The notes beneath the pieces are model-generated. The model ran no database searches. It saw only the letters and a program-made list of their open reading frames with translations, and was not told the origin of the DNA. A stretch of 64,000 bases of DNA from Alphaproteobacteria bacterium (GTDB lineage: Bacteria > Pseudomonadota > Alphaproteobacteria > MPNO01 > UBA830): positions 1,536,001 through 1,600,000 of the forward strand of contig OZ219790.1 in NCBI GenBank assembly GCA_964291215.2. The letters are read 5' to 3'. The stretch's first letter is position 1, and every line of letters begins with the position of its first letter. The position numbers and the translations under genes are program-made. Positions 33,500-43,295 of the stretch are shown one piece after another.

Positions 33500-35877
33500 G
33501 GTATTGTAACTTGATGTCTGGAAATTTGTCTGAGGTTTGCGCTTTGAGGCGTTTCACTGGGGGGGCTAGTAGTCTGGCATTATTGGATTGAGGAATATAG
33601 TGACTTCAGTTCCGTCCAGGCATCCTTCGTCGTGAAACGCCAGTCGACAGTGACATCGGCCGCATTGCGGCGCTCGACCCACGCCACGGTCTCCCGCAGC
33701 ATGGTGTCGCGGTCGGGAATGCGTCGCCGAAGGCATTGCCGCGACAGCGCACCGATCTCGATCTCGGCCATGTTGAGCCAGCTTCCGTGCTTCGGCGTGT
33801 AGCGAAACTCGAACCGCTTTCGCACCCGCCTCCTCGGGCTCGAAGGCTTCATACAGCGACTGTGCGTGTTCAGGTTGTCCAGCACGATCTTTCTGTCGGG
33901 GAAATGGTCGTCGGCAAGCTCCCGGATGAAGTGCGCCCGGTCCCGCGGCGGTCGGTGACTTTCACCGTGCGCCAGTTCTCGTTGGGCGCAAAGGCCATGA
34001 AGAGGTTGGCCGTACCGTTGCGCTCATATTCATAGTCGACCACCTCCGGCTGACCGGAGGACGGGGGGGGGGGGGGGGTCCTTCGTCTGCTGCCGGCTGG
34101 TCTCAGCACCTCGTCCCTGGCAAAGTCCCGCTGATAAGTGTCGAGCACATCCGCCGCTACGAACTGTGCGCTCCGGTGCGGTGGAATGCACCGGTTCAGC
34201 CACGGCTTGATCTCTTTTTTTTTGAGCGTCTTCCTGACCGTCTCTTCCGAAATGCGCTCGACGATCTCCACCAGACGGCCGGCGAGCAGCGTCCACAGCC
34301 CTCGGGCGGGGACGAGACCAGATTCGCCTCCATCGCCCCCGTTTCGGCCGACGGTTCACCTGCTCCTTGCGGCTGAGGGCTGCGTCCAGCCCCTCCAGGA
34401 CGCAGCGCTTGCGCAAACGCTCGACCGTCGCCGTGCCCAGCGCAATGTCGGCATCGACAAGCGCCCCCTCAGCATCAGGATTTGTGCCCGGCGCCAGGCA
34501 GCCCCGGTGCCGTCGACAATCGCCTTCAGATCCCGGCGCTCCTGCGCTGAAAGGGTCACCCGGTAGAGCTTCCTGCCCCGAGAGTTGGCCATATACGTTG
34601 CTCCTGTCATTGCGCCGCTCCCGTTGTCCGGACCTGCACATGGGGCTGCGGCTGCCTGCCTGTTCGGCATCTTGCCCGTGTGGATATTGGCACTGTCCAG
34701 ATTCCAACACAGGAATACTACCCACCAAAAACCATCAATACAATGCCGGTGGACTACTAGCCTCCAGTGAAACGCGGCGCCATCGTACTATCCCATGGAG
34801 CTGTAAACATTCATGGAGGAAGCGAATGGAGCTGCGACACACTACGACGATTGAGGCCGTTTTGGAACATCTGATCGCAAACGGAGCAACGGATCTGGGG
34901 CGGGTCTTTGGCCAGCTCTTCGAGCTTGCGATGCAAATCGAGCGCGAGCAGCACTTGAAAGCGGGCCACCGGACGCCGGAGCGACAGGGCCAACGGCTAC
35001 AAGCGGATCGACACCCCCACTGTTACCATTCAGGTGCCAAACGGTCACGGAGACGACCCGTCCCCAGTCGCTTGAACGCGGCCAGCGATCTTCTCGCGCC
35101 GTAGCCGAGATGTACATCAAGGGTGTTTCCACACGGCAGGATGTAATGCGCGAGTTCGGGAGCCTGTCCTCTTCTCAGGTCAGCCGGGCCACCAGGTTGC
35201 TCGATGAAGAACTCGCCGCGCAATCGGCCCCTGATGAAATACCTGGATACGCGCTACGAAAAAGCCCGCCATGACAGCGTTGTGCGCGATGTCGCAGTGC
35301 TCTCGGCCATCGGAATAGGGGCTGCAGGCACGTTCTGGGGCTCTCTGTGGCGCTCTCCGAGGCCGAGGTCCATTGGAGAGCTTTCCCGGAAAGCTTGCTA
35401 GCCCTGCATGGTACGACCTTCATCGTCTCGGATGCCGGGCTGAAAGCGGCACGACGCGCGGTGCTGGGCGCGACGACATGGCAGCGCTGCCAGTTCCACT
35501 TGGCACAAAACGCCGTGCACCCAACAACGACATCAGGAAACGTATTGGAAAACAGCTCAGAGCCACGCCTCCTCACTCCAAACCGCCGAGGCTGAACTGG
35601 CCGCCCTCGTGGCCAGCGACAAGCATCCAGGCTTCCTGGCTGGAAAACAATGCGGGGCTCGCTGTCTTCACCTTGCCCAATGCTCACCGCAAGCGCATGC
35701 GAACCTCGAACGGCATCAAGCGACCGATCCAGCAAGAGCTCAAGCGGCGCACCTCCAAAGTCAGGGTCTTTCCGAACCTCGCCTCGTTGGAGCGCCTCTC
35801 AACCGCAGTCCTCATCGACGAAAAATGGGAAACCGAAACCAAGATCAAATGGGAACAGCTCGACAGGTTGCGTAATC
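33500..35877 (+). mobile_element. IS256-family remnant with IS630 inserted in its leader
   Basis: Fragments LAMQIEREQHL, AEMYIKGVSTR, WQRCQFHLAQNA and RTSNGI.R..QQELKRRT.KVRVFPN (34826-35860). The ends (33500 / CAGGTTGCGTAATC at 35877) match only weakly, so the boundaries are approximate. Confidence 0.75.
33566..34760 (-). mobile_element. IS630-family element, both ends present, frameshifted
   Basis: CTAG at both ends, TIRs CTAGTAGTC..GGCATT; fragments DYEYERNGTANLF, LDNLNTH and YTPKHGSWLNMAEIE. Confidence 0.92.
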
Positions 35878-35916
35878 GAAACATGCGCTTCTCCCATTGC
35901 GGTAGTGTCTCACTTT

Positions 35917-35964
35917 GACTTTCTTGGCGTATCATACCAAGATTTTCTTAGCGTATCATACCAA
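35917..35964. repeat. 24-bp tandem duplication
   Basis: GACTTTCTTGGCGTATCATACCAA / GATTTTCTTAGCGTATCATACCAA. Confidence 0.85.
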
Positions 35965-36885
35965 CGGTGCCGGTTCAGAACCCATGCGCTTATTTTCGGG
36001 TTCCGATGGAGGCGATGCGTGGGGGCCGCGAGACGAGATTGTTCCAAGCCTGGCAGCAGTGATCGAGTATGTCGTCGTAGTTCTGGAAGACGCGGTTCGA
36101 GAGCCAGTTGTCGCGCATGAACTGCCAGACATTCTCGACAGGATTGAGCTCGGGGGACCGGGGCGGGAGCGGCATGAGGGTTATGTTGTCGGGCACTTGG
36201 AGGGTCGAGGAGGTGTGCCATCCGGCCCGGTCGAGCATGACGAGGGCATGGGCTCCGGGTTCGACGGTGAGGGCGATCTCGGCGAGGTAGGCGTTGAGTG
36301 CCTCCGTGTTGGCGTGAGGCATGACGAGGCCGGCGGCCTTGCCCTTATGCGGGCATATGGCGCCGAAGATGTAGGCCGATGTCGTTCTCTGGTCCTTGGG
36401 CGCTGACGGTCGGGTGCCGCGTTTCGCCCATCGCCGGGTGATCTTGTTCTTCTGCCCGACGCGCGCTTCGTCCTGCCACCAGACTTCGACCTCGACGCCG
36501 TCACCGAGTGCAGCGCGGATTTCCCTCAGGCGGTCGGGGAAGTTTTTTTGAACGCCGCCAGCGCAGCTTCGTCCTGGGCATAGTGGCGCGGGCGCGCAGA
36601 GAGCTTGGCGTAGCCCATGCGACGCAACTCCTGTCCGACCGTCGTCACCCCCAGCGACACGCCGAACTGCTTGCTGAGCCATGCCGCCAAGTCGCAGCGC
36701 CGCCACCGCACCACGCCGTGGATCGCCGGGTCCGGACCACTCTCCACTACCGCCGCCAGTGCCGCGCGCTGTTCCTCGCTCAGTTTGTAAGCCGGACCCG
36801 GAGCCTTGCGGTTCACCAGGCCCGCCGGACCCTCCGCGTTGAAGCGCAGCACCCAGTCCCGAATGATCTGCAGCCCCACCCCCGC
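35959..36885 (-). mobile_element. Second IS630-family transposase (5'-truncated) with A7 frameshift site
   Basis: orfA VVRWRRCDL...LSARPRH..Q...FKKTS; orfB WQDEARVGQK, LDRAGWH and SPELNPVENVW; A7 run at 36543-36549. Confidence 0.9.
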
Positions 36886-36940
36886 TAACCCGAAGTTCCA
36901 GCGCCGATCAGGCGTATCATTATGAATATATTGGTGTTTG

Positions 36941-37175
36941 AGAGAACGGGAAGTCCATTTCTGGGCTTCCCGTTCGCTTTCGCTACGGCCCTCCGGTTTG
37001 CTCGCCGCTCTGGCTGACCGAACCGGCTGGGCACTGCGTCCCAGCCAGCCCACAACGGCTTTTACGTCCCGGCTCGCTGGTCCAGGGTTGCCCCTGAACC
37101 AATGCTACGGTGCCAAACTGAGAATTGCGCCGGCGGGACTTACACCCGCAAGTACAGCAGCTGAACTCGCTGCAA
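36941..37175 (-). ncRNA. Group II intron 5' fragment (domain I)
   Basis: Starts TTGCAGCG..GCTGCTGTAC..GCGGGTGTAAGTCCCGC; later GGACGTAAAAGCC and GCGAGCAAACC.GAGGGCCGTA; abuts the IS66 transposase; no RT ORF or domain V seen. Confidence 0.65.
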
Positions 37176-38449
37176 ATCCGATCGATCCATTCGTCCGCCC
37201 ACCCCTCCGGCTGCGGCCGGCGCAGTCCGGAAAGTCGCGCCGACAATGCGCCTGGCAACAGCACAGGATGAAAGGGCCACAGGCGCGCCAGCTTCTTGCA
37301 GGCGCCGTAGCGGTCGCAGACCGGATACATGGGGCCGACGACATCCGCGAATAGCTTCGCCGCGACCTCGGCGCTGCGCGAGGGAGAGAACCGCGTCACG
37401 GCCGACCGATGTCCGGAGCCAGGCGCGACTTCCGGACCTCCCTCAGGGCCCGGATGCATCGGCATGGCGCAGACCCCGGTGCGCGAGGACCGCGTCCCGA
37501 AGCGGCAGGGGCAGCATCCGGCTCGTGGAGCCGGCCAGCGTTCCCGGCGAAAGCCCTTGGACGCGGCGCAAGGGCCGCATGCACGCGCTCGTGCAGCACA
37601 TGCGTCCACACCCGAATGCGGTGCCGGGAAACAGCCGCCACCTCGCTCGGCGAACCGGGGCAGTCACAGCCCCGGCGGACAATCCGCCGCTTTTGATCTC
37701 GATGATCCTGGTGCGAACCGTTGGCAACGCAGCACGAGCAGGCGTCCTCCGCCACCTCCAGCCGCTCCTCCACCTCCTCGAGCGCCGGCCCGCGGCGTAC
37801 GGCCATGGCCAGAAGCGCCGCGCTTCGATGACGCCCGCTGCCTCTTCTCGCTCTTGCGCCCGTACGACCTGTTCGAACGAAGCTTGTCGTTCTCCGCCTC
37901 GAGCGCCCCGACCCTTCAGAACCTTCATCGCGGTCTTCAGGCCGGCATTCTCCATGCGCAGCGATACCACCGTCGACCGCTTCCGCGCATCAACGCCGGC
38001 CTCGGCAAGAAGCCCGCCCGGACGCGCAACCTTCTGCTTCAGCGCAAGAGACTTCTTCGCCGTCCGCCGAACTTCCTTGACCTCTGCACGGGCAGCTGCC
38101 AGCTTCTCGCGATTGCTCTCGAAAATCGCCTTCAGGGAATTCGCGCGGCTGCGCCCCTCCACCTCCTGCAAGCGCAGCTCCTCACGGCGCCCCTCCGCAG
38201 CCGCCGTGCGGGCTTCCGCAGCCTCGGCTCGAATACGCTCGCGATCGTACAGGGATTTCCAGGTGACCGCATCACAACACGACGACTGCGGCACGTCGCC
38301 AGCGGCATCCGATGATGACACGAAATCCTCGATGCACATGACCGTGCACGACCTGACAGCACCGCCAAAAAAAATTACCGGCCCCCTTCTCCGAATCACC
38401 AAAATAAACCTCAGCGCAGATCGTCATCACCGCATGAACGAACGCTTAC
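37176..38449 (-). mobile_element. IS66-family remnant
   Basis: TIR GTAAGCGTTCGTT at 38449; VCDRYGACK and CCQAHCRRDF (C-x-A-H-x-R-R) motifs. Confidence 0.85.
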
Positions 38450-38650
38450 TGTTGTACCCTCGTGTCGCTACGATCGCGCAATGTGATCTGGAGCGGGGAC
38501 AAGCGTACACACGGCCAACCGGAAAAGAAAAAGGCCCGACAATCCTCCGCAAACGACACGCCCATGTCCGAATGCGCCCCCGCGCACAGCCACGGTCAAG
38601 CGGGTGAAACCTGACGATCGGTTGCGTAGGATGATCGCGGCATGTCCGGG

Positions 38651-38672
38651 GATTGTCACATGCGTGTCAATC
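38651..38672. promoter_or_regulatory. Candidate operator palindrome
   Basis: GATTGTCACATGCGTGTCAATC, imperfect dyad upstream of the kinase operon. Confidence 0.35.
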
Positions 38673-38886
38673 AGCGAGCATCACGCATCGCTTCGATCGC
38701 CCAAGAGGCCATGACAATCCAATATCGACCACGACCTGCTGCCGGGAAAATCGTGAAGCAGAACCACATCGGCGAAACGGTTTTCGACCTGCTCCGCCAG
38801 ACACTTGCTGGCGTCGAACCGCACGAAATCGCCGAAACACGATCACCGCCGCGGACGACCGGGTTCGATATGCCCCGGACTCGCCG

Positions 38887-39885
38887 ATGACCGACCCCGA
38901 GATTCTCCGGTCACTGCGCGACCACGAGGTCATCGGCCCGAACGAGGTTCCGACCTTCCGGCCGCTTGAGGGCGGCGTGTCCTCCGACATCTGGCGCGTC
39001 GACCGCACCGACGGCAGCATATGCGTCAAGCGCGCCCTCGCCCGCCTCAGGACCGAAAAGGAATGGCACGCCCCGGTCTCCAGGAACGCGAGCGAGGCCG
39101 AGTGGATACGGACAGCCGCCGGCATCCTGCCCGACGCCGTACCGAGCCTGATCGCCGAGGACCGGGAGCGCGGCCTCTTCGTCATGGAATTTTTCGCCCC
39201 CGGCACCCACCCGGTATGGAAGGCACAACTCCGCGACGGCATCGTTTCCGCCGATACAGCGGCGCTTGTCGGCGCCGCGCTCGGCACCATCCACGCCGCT
39301 ACCGCCGGCAGTGACCGGATCGCACAGCGTTTCGCTAATGACAGGATCTTCCACGCCATCCGGATCGAGCCCTACCTCCTCAGGACCGCCACGGCCCATC
39401 CGGATCTCCGCGCCGCCCTCGCAGGCCTTGCCGAGGCGACGGCGGCAACCCGGAAGACTCTGGTGCACGGCGACGTCAGCCCCAAGAACATCCTGGCTGG
39501 CCCCCGCGGACCCGTCTTTCTCGACGCCGAATGCGCCTGGTACGGGGATCCCGCCTTCGACATCAGCTTCTGCCTCAACCACCTCCTCCTCAAATGCATC
39601 TGGCGGCCGCAGTTCGCCGACGCCTATGTCGAGGCGTTCGCAACTCTCGCGGCGGCGTATTTCGGGCATGTCGACTGGGAGTCCCCGAGCCGGCTCGAGG
39701 CGCGCGCCGCAGCCCTGCTCGGCGGGCTGATGCTGGCCCGCATCGACGGCGCGTCGCCGGTCGAATACCTCACCGCCGAGCCCGATCGGGACTGCGTCCG
39801 GCGCACCGCGCGCCGCGCGCTCCGCGATCCCCCGGAAACCCTGGCCGGATTCTGCCGCCTCTTCCGTTCGGAGACCGCCGCATGA
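38887..39885 (+). CDS. APH / methylthioribose-kinase-like phosphotransferase
   Basis: GGVSSDIW, CVKRAL, HGDVSPKNIL and LDAECAWYGDPAFD motifs. Confidence 0.9.
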   Translation: MTDPEILRSLRDHEVIGPNEVPTFRPLEGGVSSDIWRVDRTDGSICVKRALARLRTEKEWHAPVSRNASEAEWIRTAAGILPDAVPSLIAEDRERGLFVMEFFAPGTHPVWKAQLRDGIVSADTAALVGAALGTIHAATAGSDRIAQRFANDRIFHAIRIEPYLLRTATAHPDLRAALAGLAEATAATRKTLVHGDVSPKNILAGPRGPVFLDAECAWYGDPAFDISFCLNHLLLKCIWRPQFADAYVEAFATLAAAYFGHVDWESPSRLEARAAALLGGLMLARIDGASPVEYLTAEPDRDCVRRTARRALRDPPETLAGFCRLFRSETAA

Positions 39886-41135
39886 GCGAGATCGCCGCGC
39901 TTCGCGGACGCCGCGTTTGGGATTCGCGAGGCCGCCCGACCGTCGAGGCGGAAATCACACTGTCGAACGGCGTCGTCGGACGCGGGATCGCACCTGCCGG
40001 GGCCTCGCGCGGCTCCGGCGAGGCAGTCGATCTGCGCGACGGCGGCCCGGAATTCGGGGGATTCGGGGTGCGCGCCGCCGTCGCCGGCATAAACGGCGAG
40101 ATCGCGAACCTGATGAAGGGACGGGACGCCTCCGACCAGGAGGCGATCGACCAAGCGCTTGTCCGCGCCGACGGGACCGCCGACAGGTCGCGGCTTGGCG
40201 GCAACGCCACGATCGCGGTGTCGATGGCCGTGCTCGACGCCGCGGCCGCGGACGAGGGCGCACCACTCTGGCAATACCTTGCCGGTGGCCGCCCCGTCAG
40301 GCTGCCGATGCCCGAGATCCAGATCTTCGGCGGCGGCGTCCATGCCGGCAACCGCATCGACATACAGGACGTGATGGCGCTGCCGGTCGGCGCGCAGACA
40401 TTCGACGAGGCGCTGGAGATGGTAGCCGAGGTCTATCGCGCTGCCGGACAGATTCTCGAGGCCTCGGGCAGGAAGTTCGGGATCGCCGACGAGGGCGGCT
40501 GGTGGCCCGCCTTCGAATCCAACGATGAAGCTCTCGCCACCCTGACGCGGGCGATCGAGAGCGCCGGGCTGAAGCCGGGCGACGAGGTTGCCGTCTCGCT
40601 CGACATAGCGGCGTCCGAATTCGGGAGCGAAGGGCGCTACCGCATCGAGGGCCGCGAGTTCGAACGCGGCGAGTGGATCGACACGCTCCTGGGATGGCTC
40701 GGCCGCTACCCCGTGGTCTCCGTCGAGGACCCTATCGCCGAGGACGACACAGACGGCTTCCGCGCCTTCACCGAAGCCTGCGGAGACCGCGTCCAGGTCG
40801 TGGGCGACGACCTGATTGTGACGGACGCCACGCGCATCGAGCATGCAGCGCGGGAGCGTCTCTGCAATACGGCATTGATCAAGCCCAACCAGGCCGGCAC
40901 GATCACCGAGACCCGCGCCGCTCTCGATGCCGCCCGCGCCGCCGGCTGGGCAACCATCGCGTCAGCCCGCTCGGGCGAAACCGAAGATGTTGCCATCGCC
41001 CATCTCGCCGTCGGCTGGAACGCCGGCCAGCTCAAGGTCGGATCGTTTGCCAGATCGGAGCGCATGGCCAAATGGAACGAGGTGCTGAGGATAGAGGAGC
41101 AGATGGGCGACAAGGCGGAGCTCGCGCGGCCATGA
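39882..41135 (+). CDS. eno: Enolase (phosphopyruvate hydratase) paralog, divergent
   Basis: DSRGRPTVE, DEGG, LDIAASE, VEDP, VGDDL, LIKPNQ, RSGETED and RSER motifs; ATGA overlap with the kinase gene. Confidence 0.88.
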   Translation: MSEIAALRGRRVWDSRGRPTVEAEITLSNGVVGRGIAPAGASRGSGEAVDLRDGGPEFGGFGVRAAVAGINGEIANLMKGRDASDQEAIDQALVRADGTADRSRLGGNATIAVSMAVLDAAAADEGAPLWQYLAGGRPVRLPMPEIQIFGGGVHAGNRIDIQDVMALPVGAQTFDEALEMVAEVYRAAGQILEASGRKFGIADEGGWWPAFESNDEALATLTRAIESAGLKPGDEVAVSLDIAASEFGSEGRYRIEGREFERGEWIDTLLGWLGRYPVVSVEDPIAEDDTDGFRAFTEACGDRVQVVGDDLIVTDATRIEHAARERLCNTALIKPNQAGTITETRAALDAARAAGWATIASARSGETEDVAIAHLAVGWNAGQLKVGSFARSERMAKWNEVLRIEEQMGDKAELARP

Positions 41136-42070
41136 AGGCGGTTCTCCACCATGACGCCAGCCCGGGCTTTCGGAACCGGATCGTCGGGGCCGCACCGGAC
41201 TGGCTCGGTATCATCGTCGTTCCCGAGACCGACCCGGAGACCTTTGCGCGGGAGATGGCCAGTGCTGAGGTTCTGCTGCACGTGCTGGAACGTGTGACAG
41301 CCGGAGCGATCCGGGCCGCACCCGGCCTCCGGTTGATCCAGAAGATCGGCGTCGGCGTCAATACCATCGACCTCGATGCCGCCTCGCGTCACGGGGTGGC
41401 CGTTTGCAACATGCCGGGCACCAATTCGCGCGCGGTCGCGGAAATGACGCTGGCCCTCATGCTCGCCGCGCTCAGAAAGGTCGCTGGACTTGATCGGCTG
41501 ACGCGCGAATCGCGGCCACCGGATCCCCTTGGCTTCGACGCGGTCGGCGAAATCGGCGGCCGCGCGGTCGGACTCTTGGGCTACGGCGAAGTGGTGCGCC
41601 TGCTGGCCCCGGTTCTCGCCGCCATGGGCGCGCGGGTGCTCTACACTGCAACGGCGCCCAAGCCGGAAGCCGAGGCCGAGTGGCGCGACCTGCCCGCCCT
41701 TCTCCGGGAATCGGATATCGTTTCCCTGCATCTGCCGCTGAACCCAGCGACGGAAGGGATGATCGATTCTGAGGCCATCGGACGCATGAAGCCCGGCGCC
41801 GTGCTGGTCAACACGGCGCGCGGCGGCCTCGTCGACGAAGGCGCGCTCGTCGACGCGCTCGTCTCGGGTCGCCTGATGGCAGCGGGCCTCGACGTGACCG
41901 CCATCGAGCCGGTTCCGGCCGGCAACCCGCTCCTCACGCTGCCCAATGTCGTGCTGACGCCGCACGTCGCCTGGCTGACACCCGAGACCCTGGATCGCAG
42001 CCTGCATGTCGCCTTCGAGAACTGCCGACGGCTTCGCGACGGAGACGATCTTCTCCACCGCGTCACCTGA
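41132..42070 (+). CDS. D-isomer-specific 2-hydroxyacid dehydrogenase
   Basis: GLLGYG, SLHLP, LVNTARG, GLDV..EP and TPHVA motifs; ATGA overlap. Confidence 0.92.
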   Translation: MKAVLHHDASPGFRNRIVGAAPDWLGIIVVPETDPETFAREMASAEVLLHVLERVTAGAIRAAPGLRLIQKIGVGVNTIDLDAASRHGVAVCNMPGTNSRAVAEMTLALMLAALRKVAGLDRLTRESRPPDPLGFDAVGEIGGRAVGLLGYGEVVRLLAPVLAAMGARVLYTATAPKPEAEAEWRDLPALLRESDIVSLHLPLNPATEGMIDSEAIGRMKPGAVLVNTARGGLVDEGALVDALVSGRLMAAGLDVTAIEPVPAGNPLLTLPNVVLTPHVAWLTPETLDRSLHVAFENCRRLRDGDDLLHRVT

Positions 42071-42293
42071 TCAGGGACTGCACGTGATCGGATCCGCGCT
42101 GCTCGCGGGAGCGGAAGCCTGACGGGTTTCCGCGTCGGCAGGCCGGCCTGGAGCTCCGCGTCGGCAAGCCCGGATCGGGTTTTCCGGAGAGCAGAGCCTT
42201 CGGCCTTTGACGGATGTCCGTCAGCCACGGGCGGTCACGCCCGGCGACCGGCCCCGCGCAACCGGCGACCGGTTGCGTCTCGCCGGCCGGCCG

Positions 42294-43295
42294 TCAGCAG
42301 CCCGCACAGCCGCCTTCGAGGCTGAAAAGCGCGGCAGCGTTGTCTCCGAGAACCGCGCTGGTGTCGATCTCCGAAAGCCCTGCCTCGCGCACGATCCGGC
42401 ACGGTGCCATGTCGCCGATGGGAAACGGGTAGTCGGACCCCAGCACGACCCGTTCCGCGCCGAAGCACGCGCACAGGAAGTTCAGGGCGCGCGGATCGAA
42501 GAGGACCGTGTCATACCACAGCATCCGCATCTGCTCTGCAGGATCGGCATAGCCGTCGTCCCGGTGCATCTCGTAGTTGCGGCACATGCGTCCAAGAATG
42601 AACGGTAGGGCGCCACCGCCGTGCGACAGCACCATCTTCATGCCGCTGTATTTCGTGAAATGACCGGCATAGATCATGCGGGCGATGGCCGTCGTCGTGT
42701 CGACGCCGCGCCAGACCGCGTTGATCATGTCGTAATCGAGAAGGCGGTCGTCGCCGCATCCGAACATCGGATGCATGTAGAGCACCGCACCGAGTTCGGA
42801 CGCCGCCTCCCAGAACGGGTCGAGATCCGGGTCGTCGAGGTTGCCATGCCCGCCCTTGGGCTGGGTGCCGATCATCGCGCCGGTGAAGCCCGCCGCCATG
42901 GCCTCACGCAGAACCTCGGCAGCCAGCCTGCCGTCCTGGAGCGGCACCGTTGCCAGCGGCTCGATCCACGGCTTGCCGCGCATGCATTCCAGCAGGTGCT
43001 CGTTCATGAACCTGCTCCAGGCAGCCCCTTCGTCAGCCGGGGTCTCGTAGGCGAAGCTGTCGAGCCAGCCCCCGGAAATCTGGACATCGATGTCGTTGTC
43101 CCGGAGCCATTCCTCACGCGCCTCGAGGCCGCGCAGCTTCGGCATGATCGGCCGCGTCGGCGCATTGCCCATGAAGGCGAGCCTGAAGCCAGGGCCCTCG
43201 CGCAACACCTCGATATTGGCAAAATCCTCCTTGCCCGAGACGACCGCGTCGAGCATCGGTTGGGGCACGAAATGCGCATGGGTGTCGACAATCAT
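42294..43295 (-). CDS. Amidohydrolase_2 family (ACMSD-like decarboxylase/hydratase)
   Basis: DTHAH, MHP, SHGGG and GSDYPF motifs. Confidence 0.9.
   Translation of the reverse strand: MIVDTHAHFVPQPMLDAVVSGKEDFANIEVLREGPGFRLAFMGNAPTRPIMPKLRGLEAREEWLRDNDIDVQISGGWLDSFAYETPADEGAAWSRFMNEHLLECMRGKPWIEPLATVPLQDGRLAAEVLREAMAAGFTGAMIGTQPKGGHGNLDDPDLDPFWEAASELGAVLYMHPMFGCGDDRLLDYDMINAVWRGVDTTTAIARMIYAGHFTKYSGMKMVLSHGGGALPFILGRMCRNYEMHRDDGYADPAEQMRMLWYDTVLFDPRALNFLCACFGAERVVLGSDYPFPIGDMAPCRIVREAGLSEIDTSAVLGDNAAALFSLEGGCAGC

Noticed and set aside
34063-34078. G16 run as a phase-variation tract
   Set aside because: It lies within a dead IS630; slippage or homopolymer sequencing error is more likely
38887-39885. 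Aminoglycoside resistance kinase
   Set aside because: The APH fold is broad, and the operon context points to small-metabolite phosphorylation
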